A DNA stretch of 64,000 bases from Octopus sinensis. Lineage: Eukaryota. A program made the position numbers and the translations under genes. The stretch is from contig NC_042997.1 in NCBI RefSeq assembly GCF_006345805.1, positions 43,338,001 to 43,402,000 on the forward strand, in the 5' to 3' direction. Below, piece by piece: positions 49,293-63,320 of this stretch; position 1 is the stretch's first letter; each line of letters opens with the position of its first letter. Under the pieces are notes generated by a model. That model saw only the letters and a program-made list of their open reading frames with translations. It did not search any database and was not told the DNA's origin.

Positions 49293-51714
49293 AAGTAAAT
49301 GGTAATATCCTTTTTATTGTTTCAGTCATTGAACTGTTGCCAGCCTATGGCACTACTGCCAAGGGTTTCGTCAGCCATACTCACCCATGTTCTTAGTTCA
49401 GTCTGGTATTTAGCTTATTAATTACTGTCTGTTGAACAACTATGTTACAGAACATAAAGAAATACAACACATGTGTTTGGAGTAAACACTTATTGTTAAG
49501 GATGCTGCAGTACTCCATCTCCAAATGCAGGAGTTGATGTCTTATCAGGCAGTGAAGTAGCTCTGAAGCTGTTCTGGCCTCTTCCAGCACAACATCAGAG
49601 CTATCCCACTCCACCAATGATGGTGACAAAACTCCTACACAACAGCATAAAATTTGTCAAGTAAGATGTCATAACTCTGACCCAGAAATAAATACAGATT
49701 GCATGCACACACACACACAGCAGGTTTTCTCCTATTGAATTCCACTCACAAACCATTGGTCGACTCATGGCTGCAGTAGAAAACACCTAAAGATCCATGC
49801 AGAAGAATCAAACCTGGAAGTACATAGTTCAGAAACTAATTTCTGAAACACTGAACTATGCCTAACCCTAAATATAATTTTGGGAATTCTCACCATTCTC
49901 ACCATTCCTTTGCATATCTCAATAAAATGGTTTGGCATTTCATTTGCTGTCACTTCTGTAGCATTGTTTTGATAGCCAAAGTTGAATAATTGAAGTGGCC
50001 AGTGAATGGAATTAACTTGTATCAGTAGCAAGAAGCCACTAACTTATGAGGAATTACTCCCAGTTGTAAAACTGTTGGACTTGTTATTGTAGGGTTATGG
50101 TTTCAATTCCTAGACTGGGAAGAATGTCGTGTTTTGGAGTGAGGTACTTCATTTCACTTGCTCCACTTTACTCAGCTGCAAATATATTGCATCTGCTGCA
50201 TGGTGGTGCTTTGCAGAATTAAGAACCCCAAATCATGCCAATACAAACTATCAGCAGCCCTTGAATTAGCATGCCAAACAAAATGCTTAACATCATTTCT
50301 TCAGGCTTCTTAAGATGTGAATTCAAAATCCTGTGGAGATTAACTTTGCTTTTCATCTTTTAGGGATCAACAAAATAAGTACTACTCGTGCATAGATGTA
50401 ATCAACCTCCAAAATCTCAGGCCTTATGCTTATATAAGAATTATTATTATTATCATTATTATGTTTTTTCCTTCTTTCTTCAAATTTTCTTCCCTGTGGG
50501 GGAATACAACCCACAAATCTTTTATCTGTTGGGCCCAGCCAACTGCTACTCTCTGATCCCATCCCTGAGATACACTATCCAATTGTAAAGAAAAGAGTAA
50601 ATGGAAGGGGTCGTAGCTTTCCTAGAGAAACATTACAGGCCCCACCGATGGGTACAAACCTTTTATCTGTTCAGTGCAGTCAATTGCTACTCCCTGGACC
50701 CATCCTGGGAAAGGGAGGGGATTTTTTCTTGCAGTTTTTCTTATTTTATTGTCCTTGGTAAAGAAACAGGTCAAGTAGAATGTTATATCTAAATGTAAAA
50801 CAACATGGTAAAAATATTGAATTTCTTTGAAATATTTCTTTGAAATATTTCTTTATAAAAACAAGTATGGAGTGTATCAGTCAAATGTAAAGATGGTGAA
50901 GGTCAAAGAACATATTTGCCTGGCATCATTAATAACCAGTGTTCTAGCAGTGATAGCGATAACAGAAAGCTTGAATTAGAAATAGCTTGCAATGGAAACT
51001 ATGGCTTCAGGACATCTACATTAATATCTAAAGCGAGTTGAAGCAGAAAGTTAAGAGAGTCTAACCACTTCTCAGTTGACATCTCTGGTTGCTGTTTACA
51101 GGAGAGAGGAAAAAGAAGAAGAAGGGAAATGATGCTGGACTGATGCTGGGGCTGGTGCTGGTATTGGTGCTGGTAGTGACTTTGTTGTGGTGGTAGTGGT
51201 GGTGTTGGTAGTGGCAGTGGAGGTGGTGGTGGTGGTGGTGGTGGTGGTGGTGGTGATGGTAAGTTTTTCATATGCCACTAAAAGTAATTAAGATAAATCA
51301 GGAAAAAATTTAATCTTTGCAATACAATATCATAGATACCACACAAATAAAAAGTGAGGTTTATGTACACATGCGTGTGTGTGCATGTATGTATGTATGT
51401 ATGTGTGTGTGTGTGCTTGTGCTTACTCCACTCCCTTACTCATTTACTTGTTTCAGTCATTTGACTGTGGCCATGCTAGAGCAAAAAACCCTATCTCAAC
51501 TTTGTGTTGTATATATATATATATATATGTCAAGATTTCAGCCGAAATTGCTAAGATGTGTGTTCTTGATGATGACGAGGGCTTCGAATGTCCCGTCCTG
51601 TGGTGTTCTTGTATGTCGTATGCTGTGGTTGTTTCTTGTTCTTGTCTTGTCTGTAATTATTTTTACTGTTTACCTATCATAATAGATATATAATATGTGT
51701 GTGTGTGTGGTGTG

Positions 51715-51745
<31 letters not shown>

Positions 51746-51804
51746 ATATGGTGATGTGTATGTATATATATATATATTATGGGTATATATATATATACAT
51801 ATCT

Positions 51805-51890
<86 letters not shown>

Positions 51891-51899
51891 CATATATAT

Positions 51900-51942
<43 letters not shown>

Positions 51943-52117
51943 CAAAGTGAGATCGGGGTTATGAGTGTAACCCACTATGGGACAACAGTTACCAATATAC
52001 TGGTGGTGAAGCTCCCAAAAGGCAAATACATAAATGTTTATAATTGCAATGCAATTAATTCATTTATTGTATTGAATGGGTGAAAGTAAAAAATATTTTA
52101 CCGTAAATTCATAACAC

Positions 52118-52392
52118 AAATAAGAAAATGGAGAAACAGATTCCTTTCGATCATCGACTTACAGATAATACCAATTCTTTAATATTTATTAACTACATAA
52201 ATAGGAACATCCAAATCCAACAAAATAAAACAATATACATCAATAAGTAAGATAATACCATAAGAATAATACACATAAAATGGATTTGTTGGATTTGGAT
52301 TTGTTCCTATTTATGTAGTTAATAACTAATATGAATTGGTAAAATCTGGAAGTCGAGAATTGAAAGGAATCTGTTCCTCCATTTTCTTATTT
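52118..52392. repeat. Imperfect palindrome (arms of about 107 bp, 60-nt loop)
   Basis: aaataagaaaatggag...ccaacaaa / tttgttgg...ccattttcttattt. Confidence 0.9.
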
Positions 52393-52485
52393 TGTTTCTT
52401 CCCTTCTTTCCTGAGCGTCCAATAATACTTTATTTGTTCCACGTCCTTGCGTTGCTGTGTTTTTTTTGTGTTTTCTTGTTTGGAT

Positions 52486-52516
<31 letters not shown>

Positions 52517-52673
52517 TTGAGTAATTGAATGAATTATCTTATTAAGGATAATTCGAAAGCTAACCGATACCTGGGTAGCAAATTCACATCAGAAAGAACA
52601 CGGTTGAAGCTATGTCCCTAGGGCATAGACTACGTGTCTTCGTGCGGAAATTTGTATGTTTATTTTAAAATTA

Positions 52674-52806
52674 TAAGTATATGAAAGAATGGAGCTGAAC
52701 GACTAGTAACAAATATCCTTTATTCTCGACATATGCAGCCTTCGAAACATGTCGAGAATAAAGGATATTTGTTAACTAGTCGTTCAACTCCATTCTTTCA
52801 TATACT

Positions 52807-52808
<2 letters not shown>
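52674..52808. repeat. Palindrome (arms of about 59 bp, 16-nt loop)
   Basis: taagtatatgaaag...ctcgacat / atgtcgag...tcatatactta. Confidence 0.92.
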
Positions 52809-52859
<51 letters not shown>

Positions 52860-53951
52860 TACGACAGGCTTCTTTCAGTTTCCATCTACCAAATCCACTC
52901 ACAAGGCTTTGGTCGGCCTGAGGCTATATTAGAAGACACTTGCCCAAGATGACACGCAGTGGGACTGAACCCGGAACCATGTGGTTGGTTAGCAAGCTAC
53001 TTACCACACAGCCACTCCTGCGCTTGTGCATGCATGTGCATTCATGCATGTGTGTGCGTGCATTCATGTATGTGTGTGCGTTTGTGTATTAGCAGAGTTT
53101 AGCAGAGCATCAGAGTATTAACAGGGTCTGTTATATATTTTCATATATAATATCTTGAGGGACCAAAAAGAAGAGAAATCAACCAGACTGGTTTCAATCC
53201 TGTCTTGGGATCTCATCAGCAACTGAATACTCTCTTTAATTGTTCATGCAGACTTTGTTTATACATTCACTATTACTACAAACTTGAGTAAATTAGATAC
53301 TCCAATTTTCATATGTAATGCATTCTTAGCACTTTTAGTAATAAATTATTGGTAGATTATTATATATAAAGTGGAGGCACATGGCTTAGTGGTTAGGGTG
53401 TCAGCATCATGACTGTAAGATTGGGGTTTCGATTCCTGGACCAGGTGACACGTTATGCTCTTGAGCAAAACACTTCATTTCACATTGCTCAAGTCCACTC
53501 AGCTGGCCAAAATGAGTAACGCTGCAATGGACTGGCATCCAGTCCAGTTGGGGAACACATACGCCATAGAAACCGGGAAACCGGGTCCATGAGCCTGGCT
53601 AGGCTTTAAAAGGGCGCACTTATTTTATTTTATTATTATGTATAAAAGTCAAAGTTTTTATACGCGCACACACACACACATGTGCATGCACACTCACGCA
53701 CACACACACATACACACACATACCTATATACATACACACACACACACACATACACACACACATGCACACATATATATGCAGGTATGTTGGTGTAAATAGG
53801 AAAAATAGAACTCAAAATATGAGTATATGTGTATTTTTATTAATTTTTAGCAGAAGCAACAGAGTAACTCAAGGTCTTGGAGTTTCGTGCATTGGCCAAC
53901 ACACAAAATTCTTAAACTTTGAGTCATTTTGTTAATTCTGCTAAATATTAA

Positions 53952-53986
<35 letters not shown>

Positions 53987-53987
<1 letters not shown>

Positions 53988-54270
53988 CATCATCATCATC
54001 GTTGTCGTTTAACGTCTGCTTTCCATGCTAGCAGGAGTTGGACGGTTTGACTGAGGGCTGGTAAGCCAGAAGACTGTACGAAGCTCCAATCTGATCTGGC
54101 AAAGTTTCTACAGCTGGATGCCCTTCCTAATGCCAACCACTCTGAGAGTGTAGTGGGTGCTTTTTACATGCAACAGGTGCGAGGGCCAGTCAGGCGGTAC
54201 TGGCATCGATCCCACTTGAAAGGGGCTTTTTACATGCCACTGGTACAGGACCAGCCAGCCAGCAGTTTTG
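53987..54270 (-). mobile_element. RTE 3' end (diverged subfamily)
   Basis: (cat)n tail and gactgagggctgg subfamily motif. Confidence 0.75.
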
Positions 54271-54458
54271 GCTAAAATCTGTAGATATGTTTCACAGTTC
54301 AGCATAGCATATATGTACAGGTATATACAGGTGTATACAGGTGTATACCAATATAAAAACACTGACACACTCACACACATACAGAACAATGCATAGATAT
54401 GTATATGTAGGTGTGTGTGAGGTGTGTGTGTGTGTGTGTGTGGTTTTGTGTTTGTGTG

Positions 54459-54516
<58 letters not shown>

Positions 54517-54914
54517 GTTTGTGTGTGTGTGTGTGTGTTTGTGTTTGTGTGGGTGTGGTGTGTGTGTGAGTGTGTGTGTGTTGTGTTTGTGTGTGTGTGT
54601 GTGTGTGTGCAAATATTGATATTTGACAACTTTGCTTGTTACCATTTTACATTACTTAGTGCTTTGAAGCCAAGTGGAATAAAAATCCCTTACTTGAAAG
54701 ATAAGTGTTGAAGATGGGAAAAGCATCCAACCATAATATACAGCATCAAGTAAACCCTTGTCTGACCATGGAATATCCATCCATCCGATTATTTTCTCTG
54801 CCCACTATGAGTATGTACCAATATAAAAATACACACACACACACACACACACACGCAAGCAGGCACACATGCATGCATCCGTGCACATGCACACACATAC
54901 ATACTTGCATGCAT

Positions 54915-55030
<116 letters not shown>

Positions 55031-55094
55031 TCACACACATATACACAAACAATACATAAATATGTATATCATGTGCTTGTGTGTGTGTGTGTGT

Positions 55095-55320
55095 GAGGGA
55101 GGGCAGAGTTCTCCGGCTTCTTCTCCACGGGGCCCTATCAGAAGCGAGTATCTTTAGACTTTCCAGTGAGATCCCAAATGTAACCAATAGAGACGAGGAA
55201 TATTATCCGACCATTCTCATCTTGGTCTGGCTCTATGTCTCCTGCTGGTTGGCTCAGTTTGAAGAATCTGTCTTTGCAATTCTCTTGTACAGCATTCTAA
55301 TCACATGTCTGTAGTCCCAG
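55095..55320 (-). mobile_element. Degenerate LINE C-terminal fragment
   Basis: Frameshifted ARPR*EWSDNI...[19 protein letters not shown], resembling RTE-type ORF ends. Confidence 0.45.
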
Positions 55321-56080
55321 AAGCATGGTAGGAATAACAGACATTAAATGAACAATTGAAATACATATCAAATAATAAATATTTATTCTGCCTATAGACT
55401 GACAGGTTGTAATCTATTGCTTGGCATTTAATGCTCAGAATACTAAATCAATTGGCCCTGGAATATTTCTGATAACAGGTCTGATAATAGATCTACATGA
55501 CCAGGTGTGACCTGGATTCAAACAGCAACATTTGGTAAACAAGCAGTTCACCTAATTTTTCCTTGAGAATAAGCAATGATAATACTAACCTGGATGTAAA
55601 CAACATTTGGTAAACAAGCTGTTCAATATGTTTTTCCTGATCAGTCAACAATGGTAGGGTTGACCTGGCTCTGTATTGCAATAACATCATTTTAAGCAAG
55701 TCATGCAATGTATTTTTCCATGTGAATTAGCAATGACCTATAAATTCATTTCTGTTTCTACAAGTGACTAGTATACTATTTCTAGTGTGGAGGCGCAATG
55801 GCCCAGTGGTTAGGGCAGCGGACTCGCGGTCATAGGATCGCGGTTTTGATTCCCAGACCGGGCGTTGTGAGTGTTTATTGAGCAAAAACACTTAAAAGCA
55901 CCACGAGGCTTCGGCAGGGGATGGTGGTGAACCCTGCTGTACTCTTTCACCACAACTTTCTCAAATACAAAGACATACATATATACACACACATACATAC
56001 ATACATACATACATACATACATACATACATACTACATACAATCATACATACATACATACATACAATCATACATACATACA

Positions 56081-56203
<123 letters not shown>

Positions 56204-57923
56204 ACACACACACACACACGCACTCACACACACACACATACACACACACACACACACAGAGTAGTGGTACAACAAAGCAAAGGTTGGCCCGAGGCTATAG
56301 TAGAAGACACTTGCTCAAGGTGCCAAACAGTGAGACTGAACCTGGAACCATGTGGTTGGTAAGCAAGCAACTTACCATACAGCCATTCCTATGCCTATGT
56401 TGTTGATGTTGAAATTCCAATGAAGGGGCTTTGGATCTAGGTTAGAAACCTATTCTTTCTCTATTGGCAAGAAATCTTGAAATAAACTGAATAATGATAT
56501 ACTTAACAATTTTCCCTGCAGTTTCTGCCTACCAAATTCACTCACAAGGCATTGGTTGGCTTGGGACTTTAGTAGAAGGTACTTGCCCAAGGTACTATGC
56601 AGTGGAACTGAACCCAGAAGTACATGGTTACAAAGCAGATGTATCTTAACCACACATCTGTGCCTAATATCTTTTCTTAGCTTAACTTCCAATCAACACT
56701 GACAGTTCTTTCAAGCCACTGCCTAAGATTCGTACATTTTTATCAACCCAAGAAGACGAAATGCAAAAGTGGAACTTGACAGGATTTGAACACAAAACAG
56801 GCAGGGTTGGAAGAAATATTGCACAGTATCTCACTAAACCCTCTAATAATACTCACTACCCACTGCCTGAGATTCATACATTTTTATTGACCCAAAAGAA
56901 GGAAATGCAAAAGTGGAACTTGAGAGGATTTGAACACAGAACAGATAGGGTTGGAAAAAATACCATAAGGCATTCTAGCCAATGCTCCAATGATTCTGCC
57001 AAATTGATGCCATCCCTCATCATCATCATCACAATTGATGTCAGTTTTATGTCCAGTTTTGTTTTTTGTTGTTGTTTAGCCCAAGGTCATCCTCATTAAG
57101 CAGGCCTATGATGAGATTCGGCTTAGTGATAGCTATCCAGTCATTTCAGACAGAGTTATGAAGGATTATATTATCCAATGAGACCTACCTTTATTTATGG
57201 TGACTGTGTACAACTTGAAGGAAATTGGGCTGCTATTTCGAGCAAATTAAGTGACCATACAGAGGCTTCCTTGTTAGTTTATATTTTACTGATTATCTTA
57301 TATCTTTTATCTTTTACTTGTTTCAGTCATTAGACTGTGGCCATGCTGGGGCACCCCTTTGAAGAATTTTAGTTGAATGAATTGATTCCAGGACTTATTC
57401 TGTTTTCTAAGTCTGGAACTTACTCTGTCGGTCTTAGTTATGGGAATGTACACACACCAACACCAGCTGTCATGCAGTGATGAAGAACACACACAGACAC
57501 ACACACAAACATATATACAACAGGCTTCTTTTAGTTTCTGTCAACCAAATCCATTCACAAAGCTTTGGTTGGCTCGGGGCCATAGTAGAAGGGCCTTTCA
57601 CAAAGTGCCTTGCAATGAAACTGAAACTGGGACCATGTGGTTGGAACTCTCCTTCTTGAGATTAGTTGAACTGGAATAGCTCAAAATAGCATATTGCATT
57701 TTTATGGTTTGTTGTTGCTTAGTCCCAGATCAACCTTGAATGACAAAAGCATTCCAATTCTTTAAAAATGATCAAAGATTTTTTTCAAAAATGTATCTGA
57801 GATATTTAATCTTTGTTAGTTGTTGTTGTTGTTGATTCTTAACACCATGTCAGCTCTGAACTAGTAAATATAGGATCAACCAAAATCATTTCAATCTCCC
57901 CAGTAATTCCTTATATTATTTAA

Positions 57924-58144
57924 CCCTTTAGTGTTTGCATTATTCTGCCACAATTAATGCTTCTTCATCCACATTATTTTGAACTACTCATGCATCATCT
58001 TGTAGCTATGAGATTTTGATGAGGTAGCTGTTAATTTTTAAAACGATATTGTAGGGTTGGTGTGAGAGACCAGATCTGGCCAGTTTGAACATAAAACAGG
58101 CAGAATACTTTTGGCCGGATATGGCCGGTTTAAATGCTAAAGGG
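57924..58144. mobile_element. piggyBac-type MITE, 221 bp
   Basis: TTAA TSD on both sides, 8-bp TIR. Confidence 0.85.
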
Positions 58145-59153
58145 TTAAGATGACAAGCTGCATTATGAGGGAGATTTGGTTGGTATTTCTTGCAGGTTGA
58201 TGTACAACATAGAGCTCCCTCATTGACCTGCTTAATGATCAGTGATATATTTATATCTATTTGCCAAAATAATTTAACTTCAAGAAATTTTGAAGTTTGC
58301 TCCTTTATAGACAGCAGTTATAAACATGCTCAGTAGATATATACTTGATCATTGTAACTGTTTGTTATGAGGTGAAAGGGGTGGAAGGATTTGCAGAGAG
58401 AAACATTCAACATAACCACGGTTTAGTAAAAACCAAACAAAATGATTAAAATGCTTTACATTCTATGTTTCCAGGCATAATGTATCTTGTATTAGGTTAT
58501 TCAATGTACCCTTCTGTTTTAGGACAGTATTGTGTGGTTTTGTAGAAGATGTGACTGTTACTTCTAAGTGAGGTTGGCTGCTACTTCTGAGTTTTGTAGG
58601 CTGGGAATCAATTAGCTGGATGACTTTTGGCTATTTAAAAGCACAAAATCTATGCATTAATTTGTTTCATTAGGGAATTAATTAAATATATAATGACCGT
58701 ATACATCAGTGTTATAAATAGTCAGTTGCTTGGTGACCTTTAATTAAACACAAATAACAACTGATGGGTCACCATTATTGCTGAGAGAAAGGGGTGGGAG
58801 GGATGCAGTTGTGGCATTTGTGCTTTCCTATGAGAATTAACCAAGTTTCTATGACGAGGAATCAAACTGTGTTGCAGACTCAATTCGCCTCAAAACATAA
58901 TTCTTGAATCACAGTTGAAGTCACTTCAGTTATAAAAACTGGTGTCTTGACACGCAAATATAAAAATGGAACGTGTGCCCATGTGTGTGTCTGTGCACAC
59001 CCATGTGTGTGTGTATGCATGTTTGTGTATATGTATATGTATGAATGCACATGTTTGTGTGCATGTGTGTGTGTGTGTGTGTGTTGTGTTTGATATCAGG
59101 TTACTCTGAGTGCTTGTGGTAAAATGTAACCCAGTACAACCTGTTATGTCGTC

Positions 59154-60290
59154 AAGACTTGCCTGGTGCCAAGACTGGAAGCTCTACAAGACTCACCTGG
59201 TGCCAAGACTGGAAGCTCTACAAGACTCACCTGGTGCCAAGACTGGAAGCTCTACAAGACTTGCCTGGTGCCAAGACTGGAAGCTCTACAAGACTTGCCT
59301 GGTGGCAAGACTGGAAGCTCTACAAGACTCACCTGGTGCCAAGACTGGAAGCTCTACAAGACTCACCTGGTGCCAAGACTGGAAGCTCTACAAGACTTGC
59401 CTGGTGCCAAGACTGAAAGCTCTACAAGACTCACCTGGTGCCAAGACTGGAAGCTCTACAAGACTTGCCTGGTGGCAAGACTGGAAGCTCTACAAGACTT
59501 GCCTGGTGCCAAGACTGGAAGCTCTACAAGACTTGCCTGGTGCCAAGACTGGAAGTTCTATAAGACTTGCCTGGTGCCAAGACTGGAAGCTCTACAAGAC
59601 TCGCCTGGTGCCAAGACTGGAAGTTCTATAAGACTCGCCTGGTGCCAAGACTGGAAGCTCTACAAGACTTGCCTGGTGCCAAGACTGGAAGTTCTATAAG
59701 ACTCGCCTGGTGCCAAGACTGGAAGCTCTACAAGACTCGCCTGGTGCCAAGACTGGAAGCTCTACAAGACTTGCCTGGTGCCAAAACTGGAAGCTCTACA
59801 AGATTTGCCTGGTGCCAAGACTGGAAGTTCTATAAGACTCGCCTGGTGCCAAGACTGGAAGCTCTACAAGACTCGCCTGGTGCCAAGACTGAAAGCTCTA
59901 CAAGACTTGCCTGGTGCCAAGACTGGAAGCTCTACAAGACTTGCCTGGTGCCAAGACTGGAAGTTCTATAAGACTCACCTGGTGCCAAGACTGGAAGCTC
60001 TACAAGACTCGCCTGGTGCCAAGACTGGAAGCTCTACAAGACTTGCCTGGTGCCAAGACTGGAAGCTCTACAAGACTTGCCTGGTGCCAAGACTGGAAGT
60101 TCTATAAGACTCGCCTGGTGCCAAGACTGGAAGCTCTACAAGACTTGCCTGGTGCCAAGACTGGAAGCTCTACAAGACTTGCCTGGTGCCAAGACTGGAA
60201 GTTCTACAAGACTCGCCTGGTGCCAAGACTGGAAGTTCTACAAGACTCGCCTGGTGCCAAGACTGGAAGCTCTCCAAGACTTGCCTGGTG
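59154..60290. repeat. 34-bp minisatellite, about 33 copies
   Basis: Unit aagact(tg/cg/ca)cctggtgccaagactggaag(c/t)tcta(c/t). Confidence 0.97.
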
Positions 60291-60780
60291 AGAAGGGTTG
60301 TCCAAAACAGGACAAAAATAAGATCTGTCCAAGGGACAGAATAACCAGGCATAAGGCCAACTACTATTTAGCAACAGTCATTCTATGCCCTCAGTGGTGC
60401 ATGGGACTTACTGGTTAGGGTGTTGGACTCATGATTGTAAGATTGTGGTTTCGGTTCCTGGTCCCAGTGACACATCGTGTCCTTGAGCAAAACATTTCAT
60501 TCCACATTACTCCAGTCCACTCAGCTGGCAAAAATGAGTGACCCTGCAATGGCTTGGTGTCTTGTCCAGGTGGGGAATTCACGAGCCATGTAAACCACTA
60601 AACCAGTCCCTATGATTTGACATGATTCAAGAAAGAAACTTTACTTTTACTTTTTTTACTCATAAGGACATAGAAAGGACATAGAAATACACATGATGAC
60701 AAGTGTGCATGCTATAAGACCACTTTGAGTGTAATGAGCTCTTAATTACTCTTTGAGAGTAATTATCCCTTAATCTAGAG

Positions 60781-61031
60781 CAGTGGTTCTCAACCATTTT
60801 CTACCTATAGACCGTTTTGACTTCTGTTTTATTCTATTGGACCTCCATAGCCCTTTGTGTGTATTAAAACATCCTACTGTATTTTTATAATTAAATATTA
60901 TTAGGAATTTTGTAAAACAATTAAAATATTTTGTGCATTGTAGAAATATAGCAATTTGTTACACATAAATTGTAACAACAAAATTTTATATGGACTCTCA
61001 AGGGCTACATGGATCCCAGTTGAGATCCCCT
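60781..61031. mobile_element. hAT (Charlie-like) MITE
   Basis: CAGTGGTTCTCAAC...gttgagatcccct degenerate TIRs; a similar end (ggttgagaaccagtg) lies near 36415. Confidence 0.6.
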
Positions 61032-61871
61032 TATGTAAATGGTTGTTCAACACTATTTAACCCTTTTTGTACCAACCTGACTGAGACAGCCTTTGGTTCT
61101 ATGACATAAATTATCTGTTTTAAAGTTATCTAAATTAAGGCCTTCTGTCAAAATTTCATGTAAATCTATTTTCCAAACGTCATTTTAATAATTACAGAAT
61201 GTTTTGTAATTTTAAGAATTAAAACAAAGACAATGAAAGGACTAATAAAAGATACCCATCACACATCTAAATACCATATAACATTCTACCTCATTAACTC
61301 TTGAGAACTTTCAATCAGCTGACTGGTCGGAGATCTACCAAATTTTAAGGATTATTCCTGGCAGCAAGAGTTCTCCTCTACCATTCAAAACAGATAAACG
61401 AATGACCAAAATGATTCTCTGAAGCATATCTCTTCCTGATCCTTACACAAAGAAAGCCCATATCCTCCCAAAATCTCCAAATAGTACACCTGCAATTATA
61501 CTGCAACAGCAAAAGTAAGGAAACTAGCTGTCAACACTATGAAAAAAAAAAGTCAACCACTCCACCAACTGAACAGTTTTACCCATTACTGCAGCTCCTA
61601 CAAGACTACTATGGAAAAAAATAAGACTGCAACCTGGTCACTTGTCAGGAGAGTCTCTACCAACTTAGTGGAATCCTCTTTCCCACCATTTTTTCACAAT
61701 CATAGCTTCATAAATAGTCATCCTATAGAAGAAACTTCTACAGAGAGTTAAGTAAAGTGCAGAGTACACATTGTTTGCAGAGCATTGACAGGAATAAGTT
61801 GTTTGAGTTGACAGGAATAAGGATTATAGAATACATATTGTTTATAGAGGAGTTAGAGACACAAAGGGTGA

Positions 61872-61907
<36 letters not shown>

Positions 61908-61909
<2 letters not shown>

Positions 61910-62443
61910 ATTGCCCTGATGTAGTACCAGGCAGTGGCTCTCATGGCTTCTGATCTTAACTGATTGGAAGTGTTATCATGTACTTTGTTTTGTCTTGGCA
62001 CAAAAGATGGGCTACAGCAAATATTCTGCCCAATACCACAGATTTGCTTGTTAGTTGTTTGACCTTAACCATTCAAGCTTGTCCCTTGGTGGCTGACGAT
62101 ATGTGCATCTCTGATCACGAGCAGAAGTAGTGGGGGAGCATCATAGCCATGCATTGAGAGGAATTATTTGGGGTTTGGATAATTCACCTCTGGAAACACG
62201 GGTGTTTCGTTCAACATCCTTAAACAACCCTTATTCAGGGATCTTTTGAGTGAGATGGGTTATTCGACCTGAAGAAAATTTTAACTGAGCCCGACCTGCA
62301 AGGTCATGCGCTGTTTATCTTGATATGGGATATGGTTGTGATGCATGGTGTCCCCTTATCAGACAGGTAGACATGATGGGTATACTGGGCTTCATATATT
62401 TTACCCCAGTGTCACTTTGATGGCATGCACTGCTCTCTCACTC

Positions 62444-62486
<43 letters not shown>

Positions 62487-62752
62487 TAATAATAATAATA
62501 GTAATAGTAATAGTAATAATAATAATAATAATTGAGTGGGATGGGCTACTCAACCTGAAGAAAATTCTAACTGGGCCCCACCTGCAAGGTCATGCGCTGT
62601 TTATCTTGATATGAGATCACCATGTCGTGCACATATGGTTGTGATGCATGTGCCTGGTGTAACCTTATCAGACAGGTAGTCATGATGGGTATATTGGGCT
62701 TCGTATATTTTACCCCAGTGTCACTTTGATGGCATGAACTGTTCTCTCACTC
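61908..62752. mobile_element. (AAT)n-embedded interspersed element plus a partial tandem second copy
   Basis: 62250-62443 is repeated at 62533-62752; (AAT)n at 61872, 62444 and 62753. Confidence 0.6.
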
Positions 62753-62906
62753 AATAATAATAATAACGATGATGATGAGCTTATTGTATACAGTGCTCAG
62801 ATAAACTACATCTTGTAAAAGGGCAAAAGAGGGGATGGAAATGGCAATAAGTGAAGTTGAGAAAGCTGATGATGACAACCAAAAGTGGATGCAAAATACA
62901 CAGAAT

Positions 62907-63320
62907 AGGCGCAGGAGTGGCTGTGTGGTAAGTAGCTTGCTATCCAACCACATGGTTCCGGGTTCAGTCCCACTGCGTGGCATCTTGGGCAATTGTCTTC
63001 TGCTATAGCCCCGGGCCGACCAATGCCTTGTGAGTGGATTTGGTAGACGGAAACTGATAGAAGCCTGTCGTATATATGTATATATATGTATGTGTGTGTG
63101 TTTGTGTGTCTGTGTTTGTCCCCCCTAGCATTGCTTGACAACCGATGCTGGTGTGTTTACGTCCCCGTCACTTAGCGGTTCGGCAAAAGAGACCGATAGA
63201 ATAAGTACTGGGCTTACAAAGAATAAGTCCCGGGGTCGATTTGCTCGACTAAAGGCGGTGCTCCAGCATGGCCACAGTCAAATGACTGAAACAAGTAAAA
63301 GAGTAAAAGAGTAAAGAGAG
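62907..63320 (+). mobile_element. SINE family A; degenerate copies also near 21660, 36500, 39290, 52850, 56280 and 57300
   Basis: As above. Confidence 0.85.

Noticed and set aside
50999-51271. Poly-Pro ORF (-) and an AG/GT-bounded segment at 51101-51257 (+)
   Set aside because: (GGT)n simple repeat; all + frames contain stop codons and no partner exons were found.
55790-55865. tRNA-Arg-like sequence, and other SINE heads, as tRNA genes
   Set aside because: A and B boxes are present but there is no acceptor stem, and the sequence runs into a SINE body.
59110-60418. Overlapping long ORFs, and a possible CRISPR array, over the 34-bp repeat
   Set aside because: Units are contiguous with no unique spacers and no cas genes; the ORFs arise because the unit lacks stop codons, and they cycle through frames every 34 nt.
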